64,000 nt of DNA from contig JAHLFG010000028.1 in assembly GCA_018883895.1 (NCBI GenBank), forward strand, positions 369 through 64,368, read 5' to 3'. Both the position numbers and the translations under genes were made by a program. Below the pieces are notes generated by a model, which was not told where the DNA came from, made no database searches, and saw only the letters and a list, made by a program, of their open reading frames with translations. The DNA is from Candidatus Anaerobiospirillum merdipullorum. GTDB taxonomy: Bacteria > Pseudomonadota > Gammaproteobacteria > Enterobacterales > Succinivibrionaceae. Of the stretch, positions 57,590-64,000 are shown piece by piece (position 1 is the first letter of the stretch; the number at the start of each line of letters is the position of its first letter).

Positions 57590-58534
57590 TTAAGCTTCAA
57601 GCGCGTAAGTTTGCTTGAGCTCTTCAAATAAAGTCTGCACCTCGGTGGCACTGGCTATGCCTTGACCTAAGGCCGTAGCAGAGCCTGCGGCCACGGCCAT
57701 TAAAGCGGCACTGTGGACGTCGTGGGTGGAGGCGTATTGGGCAATAAAGCCTGCTACCATCGAATCGCCAGCTCCGGTACGATCGGTGGCCACGCCGCCT
57801 GGAGCATTGATGACCATAGCTTGACCATCTAAGGGCACAAAGACCGCGCCGGAGGCCCCCATGGAAATCAAGACATTTAAGGCCCCGCCTTGACGTAATT
57901 GTTGTGCCGCCTCTACTAGCGCATCGAGCTTACTTAAATCGCGCCCCAAAAAGTTTTGCCATTCCGTTAAATTGGTTTTCACCAAGAAAGGATGATAGCG
58001 GAGCACTGCCTGTAAAAGTTCAGGTGGGGCATCGACTATCACATCCACCCCCTTGTTCTCGAGGGCCTTAAAGAAAGTGGCATAGATATCCTGGGGCAGG
58101 CTTGGCGGCACGGCGCCGGCTAAGACCAAACAATCGCCTTGGCTTAAAGATGAAACCTTACGCACTAAATAACTGATGTCATCGGCGGTCACGGTAGGGC
58201 CTAAGCCATTAATGCGCATTTCATCGCAAGCAAGCGCCCCTTGGGCCTTGAGGCGCAGATTAATGCGCGTTCTACCGCGGCGGACGCGAATAAAGCCGGT
58301 TTGAATGCCTTCGGCCATGGTAAGACGCATCAACTCATCGCCCGAGAAGCCGGCGACAAAGCCTAAGGCTGTCGAGGTTTTGCCCAAGTGCTTTAACATA
58401 ATGGAGATATTGATGCCTTTACCGCCAGGTCGTAGCTCTTCTTTGACCGCGCGCAACGTTTTGCCCAAGGAAGGTGTTTGTTGCATTTCCATGAGTAAGT
58501 CAAGTGAAGGACTGGGGGTGACAGTAAAAATCAT
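57590..58534 (-). CDS. PfkB-family sugar-phosphate kinase (1-phosphofructokinase / tagatose-6-phosphate kinase type)
   Basis: IFTVTPSPSLD, GGKGINIS..L..LG, RTRINL, and the C-terminal GAGDSMVAGF motif. Confidence 0.8.
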   Translation of the reverse strand: MIFTVTPSPSLDLLMEMQQTPSLGKTLRAVKEELRPGGKGINISIMLKHLGKTSTALGFVAGFSGDELMRLTMAEGIQTGFIRVRRGRTRINLRLKAQGALACDEMRINGLGPTVTADDISYLVRKVSSLSQGDCLVLAGAVPPSLPQDIYATFFKALENKGVDVIVDAPPELLQAVLRYHPFLVKTNLTEWQNFLGRDLSKLDALVEAAQQLRQGGALNVLISMGASGAVFVPLDGQAMVINAPGGVATDRTGAGDSMVAGFIAQYASTHDVHSAALMAVAAGSATALGQGIASATEVQTLFEELKQTYALEA

Positions 58535-58551
58535 GCAATACTCCTTACTAC

Positions 58552-59655
58552 TTATTCAGCAGCTTCCATGCGCACCCGATTCCAAGTACGCGTTAAGGTA
58601 CGTTCCATCTGCGAAGGCGGCACCACAATATACATCCGTTGGAGTAATTGTGCCGGGTAATAAATACCAGGATTGTTGCGGATGTCATCGGCGATTAAAG
58701 GCATAGCGGCGGCATTGGCATTGGCATAACGCACATAGTTGCTAATGTCGGCGATTACCTCCGGGCGCATAATATAGTCTAAAAAGCGATAGGCATTGTC
58801 CTTATGCTCGGCGTCTTTGGGGATGGCAAACATATCATAGCCCATCAAGGCTCCTTCTTTGGGAATGACATATCTAATCTCATCAAGGCCTGCCTCTTGT
58901 GCCCGTTGGGCTGCAAGTTGAACATCTCCTGACCACCCGACTGCCAGGCAAATGTCACCTGAGGCTAGATCGTTAACATATTGGGAGGAGTGAATATAGC
59001 GCACTTGTGCTACCGTCTTTTGTAACAAGGCAGCGGCCTTGGCATAATCATTATTATGCGGGGATTGCGGATCAAGTCCTAAGTAGATAAGTGCCGTACA
59101 AATCATGTCAGAGGCACTATCTAGTACCGTCACGCCACAGCTTTTAAGTTTACTTAAAATTTCAGGTTTGAAGATGACATCCCAACTATCGACCTTAAAA
59201 TCAGGACCCATTACTTCGGCCACTTGCGCGACGTTATAGCCAATGCCGGTGGACAATTCCATATACGGAATGCCATAGCTATTGTCCTTATCAATAGTGG
59301 CAATCTTGGCCATTTTGTTTTTATCTAAATTTTTTAAATTGGGTAGCTTGCTTTTATCGAGCTTCTCCAATACCCCCGCATCGGCCAGGCGCTTGAGCAC
59401 ATGAATAGAAGGGGCGACAATATCAAAGCCTGAGTGGCCGGTCAGTAATTTGGCCTCGAGCATTTCATTGGAGTCCATTAACACATACTCAACCTTAATG
59501 CCGGTCTCACGTTCAAAATTGGCGATGGTATCGGGCGCGATATAATCAGACCAATTGAGAATATATAAGACATTTTCGGCAGCTAAGGACGTAGTGGCAC
59601 TGATGCCTAGACCTAGGGCAAAGAGGATGCGATGCAGGGTTTTGACAAAAAGCAC
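58552..59655 (-). CDS. potF: Putrescine/spermidine ABC transporter periplasmic binding protein
   Basis: Collinear with E. coli PotF (NWSDYIAPDT.ANFE.ETGIKV.Y...DSNE.LE.KL..G..GFD.V.PS, HSSQY.NDLA.GDIC.A.GW.GD). No potGHI genes are adjacent. Confidence 0.9.
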   Translation of the reverse strand: MLFVKTLHRILFALGLGISATTSLAAENVLYILNWSDYIAPDTIANFERETGIKVEYVLMDSNEMLEAKLLTGHSGFDIVAPSIHVLKRLADAGVLEKLDKSKLPNLKNLDKNKMAKIATIDKDNSYGIPYMELSTGIGYNVAQVAEVMGPDFKVDSWDVIFKPEILSKLKSCGVTVLDSASDMICTALIYLGLDPQSPHNNDYAKAAALLQKTVAQVRYIHSSQYVNDLASGDICLAVGWSGDVQLAAQRAQEAGLDEIRYVIPKEGALMGYDMFAIPKDAEHKDNAYRFLDYIMRPEVIADISNYVRYANANAAAMPLIADDIRNNPGIYYPAQLLQRMYIVVPPSQMERTLTRTWNRVRMEAAE

Positions 59656-59729
59656 TTTTGTACAGCTCCATCTGAGGTTAAGATGCTGTCATAATAACTC
59701 TTTAAGCATGGTTTGGAAACGGAGGCCCT

Positions 59730-60641
59730 ATGGGTGGCAAATTAGCAACTCTAAAATATGGCATTGTGGGGATCGTAGCCTTGGCGATAGTGTATCTGTG
59801 TGCAGTAGGGATTTTTACTACTCCAGGCAGTACACTCTATAAACCAGAACCTCTGCCGGCAAATGCTAACGAACAAGCTCGCGCTCAAGTGATAGCTACC
59901 GGTGTGACTACCGCCTTAGATCAAGAACTAAATGGCTTGTTTGGGTGGATTGTAAATGACTTATGCTTCGTTCCCAGCATTATTGACAATCAAAGCTCAT
60001 ATCAGCGGGGCGTCATTTACGCCACCCGTCCGGCCTCAGATATGGTGGCCAAAACGGTGGCACGTATTGGTGAGCGCGATACCATTGACCCGCGCCTGGC
60101 CGATGCGACCTCGCGCTACTTTACCTATGGCGAGAATGTGTGGGGTTTTTGGTTTATTTATGATTGTGAAGGCAAATATCGTGCCGGCATTCGGGGATGG
60201 CAAGATTGGGCAGCACATGTCGGCCAAGGTGGTAAGAATGGGGGCATCTACAATATTAAATCCGATGATGTCTACAATATTATCAAGTATTGCGCTGCGA
60301 TGACCGATTTTGCTTTGGGGCTACTTAATGACACCGATATGGGGCATTTTAAGGCCGATAATAATATCTACTTTGCCAAGGGCGTGGCGGCGGTAGCCGG
60401 TAATGTATTGCGCGCCTTAGCGGCGGTGGATGATCAAGTCGAATTGCGTGGGGGCAGTGAAAATTTAGCTGAGGCCTTAAAGCGCTTTGACTTTATTGAG
60501 GAATTTGATCCACTTTATGTCTTTGCCGGCGGCAATGCCGTGGGCGATGCGATGCTGCCCAATCACGTGGCTGCTTTGGCACGGCATTTAGATGTCGCTA
60601 ACAATCGTTTAAACGATATGTTAGCCTCGATGGATAAGTAA
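59730..60641 (+). CDS. Hypothetical membrane-anchored protein (possibly DUF2333-like; not verifiable here)
   Basis: 303-aa ORF with one N-terminal TM (IVGIVALAIVYLCAVGIF) and a soluble domain. It lies 4 nt upstream of the ABC exporter gene. Confidence 0.5.
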   Translation: MGGKLATLKYGIVGIVALAIVYLCAVGIFTTPGSTLYKPEPLPANANEQARAQVIATGVTTALDQELNGLFGWIVNDLCFVPSIIDNQSSYQRGVIYATRPASDMVAKTVARIGERDTIDPRLADATSRYFTYGENVWGFWFIYDCEGKYRAGIRGWQDWAAHVGQGGKNGGIYNIKSDDVYNIIKYCAAMTDFALGLLNDTDMGHFKADNNIYFAKGVAAVAGNVLRALAAVDDQVELRGGSENLAEALKRFDFIEEFDPLYVFAGGNAVGDAMLPNHVAALARHLDVANNRLNDMLASMDK

Positions 60642-60645
60642 AGGC

Positions 60646-62484
60646 ATGGAAAAACTGTGGCGCTTTTTTGAGCGCCTGGTACCACCTTTCCCCGCTAAGT
60701 CCAAAGGCGAGCCGCCGGCGGGCTTAGTGCGTTTTATCTTTTTCTACACCTCAGGGTTGTGGAAGTTTTTACTCTTAATTGCCTGTTTAACCGCGCTCAT
60801 GGCCGCTGGAGAAGCGCTCTTTTTCTCCTGCATGGGACTGCTGGTCGATTGGACGGCCGATGCGCAACCGCAGGCTTTTTTTGCCCGCCATAGCCACAGT
60901 CTGTGGACCATGCTCATATTAGCGGCGGTGGTGCTGCCGGTAGCTACCATCCTGCACTCGCTTATCTTGCATCAATCGGTCTCGGGGAATTTTCCGATGC
61001 AGATTCGCTGGCAAGTGCATCGTTATATGTTGGGGCAGTCGCTGACCTTTTTTTCCGATGAATTTGCCGGCCGCGTGGCCAATAAGGTGATGCAAACGGC
61101 GCAAGCGGTGCGCACCTCGGTCTTAAAGCTCATTGACGTTTTGGTGCATATGTTGGTCTATTTGGCCACCATGATCTATATGTTAGCCGAGGCCGATCTT
61201 ACGCTGGCCTTGCCCTTGGTGGTGTGGCTGATTGCCTATAGTTGTGCCATTTTTTACTTTATTCCCCGCCTGCGTAAACAAGCGCAGGTACAGGCTGATA
61301 CACGCTCGGACATGGTAGGGCGTATTGTCGATAGCTATGTCAATATTTCTACGGTAAAGCTCTTTGGAGGCAAGGGGCGGGAGACTAAATACGCGCGCGC
61401 CGGCATGGAAGGTTTTATTAAGGCCGAATACGGAGCTTTGCGCATTTTGACCTTGTTTGATGTCAGTGTGCAATTATTAAATTACGCTTTGCTCATCTCC
61501 ACCACGGCGTTGGCGCTATATCTATGGCATGTAGCGGCGGTAACATCCGGCGGGATTGCGGTAGCCGTGGCCATTGCCATTCGCATTATCAATATGTCGC
61601 GCTGGATGATGTGGGAAGTGGGCGCTATCTTTGAAAATATCGGTACGGTCTATGATGGTATTCACACTATAGCCAAGCCACTTGGCATTAAAGATCCGCC
61701 ACAGCCTAAAACGCTCCCCCAGCCGGTACGTGGCGAGCTGGCGTTAAAGCAGGTGACCTTTGCCTATGTTAAGGGTAAACCCATCTTGCAGGATTTTAAT
61801 TTACTGATTAAGCCCGGGGAAAAATTGGGGATTGTCGGCCCGTCGGGGGCGGGCAAGACCACTATTATCAATCTGCTGTTGCGCTTTTATGATGTAGAGC
61901 AAGGTGAGGTGACCATAGATGGCATCAATGTCAAAGATCTGTTGCAAGATGAGTTACGCGATTGCTTTGCCATGGTGGCTCAAGATCCATCCTTAATGCA
62001 TCGCACGGTACGGGAAAATATCAGCTATGGCACTTCCACCATGGATGCCAATGCCATACAGCAGGCAGCGCAAGCGGCTGATGCGCTTTCCTTTATCGAG
62101 CAATTGTCGGACTATCGCGGAGGGCGCGGCTTTGAGACCATGGTAGGTGAGCGCGGCGTGCGCCTTTCGGGCGGGCAGCGCCAACGCATTGCGCTGGCGC
62201 GAGTGGTGATGAAGGATGCGCCGATCTTAATTTTAGATGAGGCTACCTCAGCACTTGATAGTGAAAGTGAGCAAATCATTCAGGAAAATTTAGGCAAGGT
62301 CATGCACGGGCGCACCGTCATCGCCATTGCCCATCGTTTATCGACCTTGGCACAAATGGATCGCATTGTGGTTATCGATAGTGGACGCATCGTTGAAAGT
62401 GGCACCCAGGCTCAATTACTGCAAGCTGGCGGTTTGTTTGCCCGCTTATGGCAACGCCAGACCGGTGGTTTTATCGGTAACTAA
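60646..62484 (+). CDS. ABC exporter, fused transmembrane and ATP-binding domains (MsbA/multidrug type)
   Basis: Six-TM N-terminal domain, Walker A (GPSGAGKTT), signature (LSGGQRQRIALARV) and Walker B (LILDEATSALD). Confidence 0.9.
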   Translation: MEKLWRFFERLVPPFPAKSKGEPPAGLVRFIFFYTSGLWKFLLLIACLTALMAAGEALFFSCMGLLVDWTADAQPQAFFARHSHSLWTMLILAAVVLPVATILHSLILHQSVSGNFPMQIRWQVHRYMLGQSLTFFSDEFAGRVANKVMQTAQAVRTSVLKLIDVLVHMLVYLATMIYMLAEADLTLALPLVVWLIAYSCAIFYFIPRLRKQAQVQADTRSDMVGRIVDSYVNISTVKLFGGKGRETKYARAGMEGFIKAEYGALRILTLFDVSVQLLNYALLISTTALALYLWHVAAVTSGGIAVAVAIAIRIINMSRWMMWEVGAIFENIGTVYDGIHTIAKPLGIKDPPQPKTLPQPVRGELALKQVTFAYVKGKPILQDFNLLIKPGEKLGIVGPSGAGKTTIINLLLRFYDVEQGEVTIDGINVKDLLQDELRDCFAMVAQDPSLMHRTVRENISYGTSTMDANAIQQAAQAADALSFIEQLSDYRGGRGFETMVGERGVRLSGGQRQRIALARVVMKDAPILILDEATSALDSESEQIIQENLGKVMHGRTVIAIAHRLSTLAQMDRIVVIDSGRIVESGTQAQLLQAGGLFARLWQRQTGGFIGN

Positions 62485-62652
62485 TCGATATTTTGTCTAC
62501 AATATTCAACTTATCGTTAAAGGGCTAAATAAACATACGTATGATCTAGATTTATACGTATAATGCCGATCTTATCTTTTTTATTTTGTTTGCTTTTTTT
62601 GTCCATGAGGTCGTAAATATATCCAAAATTGGGTACTAAATATCTAAATCTG

Positions 62653-62666
62653 TTGATGAATATCAA
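62653..62666. promoter_or_regulatory. Perfect FNR/CRP-family palindrome TTGAT-N4-ATCAA upstream of glpA
   Basis: TTGATgaatATCAA is centred about 97 nt upstream of the glpA ATG, in an AT-rich 270-nt intergenic region. Confidence 0.6.
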
Positions 62667-62756
62667 TATTTTATTGTTATATCTTGCGTTAGATCACAGA
62701 CAAGTTTGTGAGGTAATAGTTAAGCTGTCGATGAAAAATTTATGAGGGGGACAAAT

Positions 62757-64000
62757 ATGCTCAGTACGCAGGTAGTCATTATCGGCGGCGGCGCTACGGG
62801 CATGGGGATCTTGCGTGATCTTTCCATGCGCGGCGTTAAGGCCATCTTAGTGGAACGCGGTGATTTAGGCTGTGGCACTAGTTCACGTTTCCATGGTCTC
62901 CTGCATTCAGGCGGGCGTTATGCAGTGAGAGATGAACACGCCGCGCGTGAGTGCATTGAAGAAAATCTCATCTTAAGACGCATAGGTCAAAGCTGCGTCG
63001 AACCGATTAATTCCATCTTTATTCGCACGCCCGAGGACGATGCGGCCTATGAAAAGACCTGGGTTGCAGCCTGTGCTAAGGCCGGCATCAGTGCCAAGCC
63101 CTTGGAGGTCAAGGAATTACTGCGCCGCGAGCCTAACTTATCGCCCTCCATTCAATCCGCCTACGAATGCCCGGGTGCGGCCATCGACGGTTTCCGTTTG
63201 ATGTGGCAATTGCGCGATTCGGCTAAGCATTATGGCGGCCAAATCATGACCTATTGCAATGTCGTGGGGATTGAGATTAAAAATGCCCGCGTGCAGGGTA
63301 TTTATGCCTATGATGAATATCGCAAAGAAAAATTCTATATTGCCTGTGAATATGTGATTAATGCTACCGGCCCGTGGTGCGCGCGGGTAGCGGCATTGGC
63401 CGGACTTGATATCAATGTCCGTCCGTCTAAGGGATCTTTGATTGTCTTCAATCACCGTCTCTCACACGACGTCATTCACCGCCTGCATAAGCCATCTGAT
63501 GCAGACATCTTTGTGCCGCATGGCACGGTGACCATCTTAGGCACCACCTCAATGGATACTGATCCTGATGACAATACCACCACGCAAGCTGAAATTCAGG
63601 CCATGATGGCGGTGGGGCGCGCGACCTTTGAGGATTTAGATGAGGCGCGTATCTTACGTGTCTTTGCCGGTTGCCGTCCGCTCTATGTAGCGCAGGGCGC
63701 CTCCGGTGGTCGTGAGGCTTCACGTGACTTTGCCGCGGTTGATCATGAAAAAGAACATGGTCTTACCGGCTTTATGTCTGTCTGTGGCGGTAAATTTACC
63801 ACCCATCGTTTAATGGCCGAAAAGGTCTGCGATATGGTGGCGCCGAAATTTGGTTGCAATGCCCCGTGTAAGACGGCACAAGTGCCGCTGGTGGAGCCGA
63901 TTTCAAGCGAGCTTACCGAGCGAGCACGCAAAGTCTTCCCGGCCTATGGCGTCAAATTATGCTCCAATCGCCAAGGCCCGGAGCGTTTACACAATATTGT
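62757..64000 (+). CDS. glpA: Anaerobic glycerol-3-phosphate dehydrogenase subunit A (5' part; runs off the window)
   Basis: This ORF is not in the ORF track because no stop occurs before the window end. The frame is open from the ATG at 62757, which follows GAGGGGG. The translation MLSTQVVIIGGGATGMGILRDLSMRG...HGLLHSGGRYAV.D...AREC..EN.IL.RI...CVEP...KPSDADIFVPHG...GGKFTTHRLMAE is collinear with E. coli GlpA. Confidence 0.9.
   Translation, partial: MLSTQVVIIGGGATGMGILRDLSMRGVKAILVERGDLGCGTSSRFHGLLHSGGRYAVRDEHAARECIEENLILRRIGQSCVEPINSIFIRTPEDDAAYEKTWVAACAKAGISAKPLEVKELLRREPNLSPSIQSAYECPGAAIDGFRLMWQLRDSAKHYGGQIMTYCNVVGIEIKNARVQGIYAYDEYRKEKFYIACEYVINATGPWCARVAALAGLDINVRPSKGSLIVFNHRLSHDVIHRLHKPSDADIFVPHGTVTILGTTSMDTDPDDNTTTQAEIQAMMAVGRATFEDLDEARILRVFAGCRPLYVAQGASGGREASRDFAAVDHEKEHGLTGFMSVCGGKFTTHRLMAEKVCDMVAPKFGCNAPCKTAQVPLVEPISSELTERARKVFPAYGVKLCSNRQGPERLHNI

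Overview
The window is a gene-dense, mostly housekeeping chromosomal segment of a gammaproteobacterium. Several synteny blocks match E. coli: alaA-yfbR, pgk-fbaA, ruvCAB, ybgC-tolQRAB-pal-cpoB followed by a Lys/Val tRNA operon, lolB-ispE-prs, mtnN/dgt and rcsF-tsaA. Heavy TTA-Leu usage and anaerobic markers (FabV, GlpA behind a perfect FNR box) suggest an anaerobic Aeromonadales or Succinivibrionaceae-like organism, but this is inference only. I call about 70 CDS (one runs off the right edge and is missing from the ORF track), 8 tRNAs, several terminators and promoters, and one interrupted gene. Many ORF-track starts were moved downstream using SD spacing and homologue N-termini. No CRISPR array, transposase, integrase or rRNA was seen.

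The features least explained by standard annotation are:
- **Origin-like repeat array (1-600):** a non-coding region with 15 helically phased copies of (T/G)GTGGG(A/T)AA around an AT-rich tract. It looks like a replication origin or iteron locus but does not use the canonical DnaA box.
- **Interrupted nitroreductase in a redox islet (9.4-13.9 kb):** an HxlR-linked flavoenzyme cluster upstream of tRNA-Pro/His, whose nitroreductase carries an in-frame TGA.
- **Helicase/SSB pair:** a eukaryotic-Fbh1-like UvrD-family helicase divergently paired with a tail-less SSB-like OB-fold protein, just downstream of the tRNA-Lys array.
- **yfbR-like operon:** a translationally coupled operon of a yfbR-like gene (HD changed to HE), a DUF4357-like gene and an RsmB-like RNA m5C methyltransferase.
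- **TolQ tail:** TolQ carries a roughly 145-aa low-complexity C-terminal extension.
- **Other items:** an RcsF-like lipoprotein, a HAD-Nudix fusion, and a roughly 30-nt element shared by the origin-like region and the glgC upstream region.

All functional calls rest on my own recognition of motifs and remembered homologues. No database search was run.
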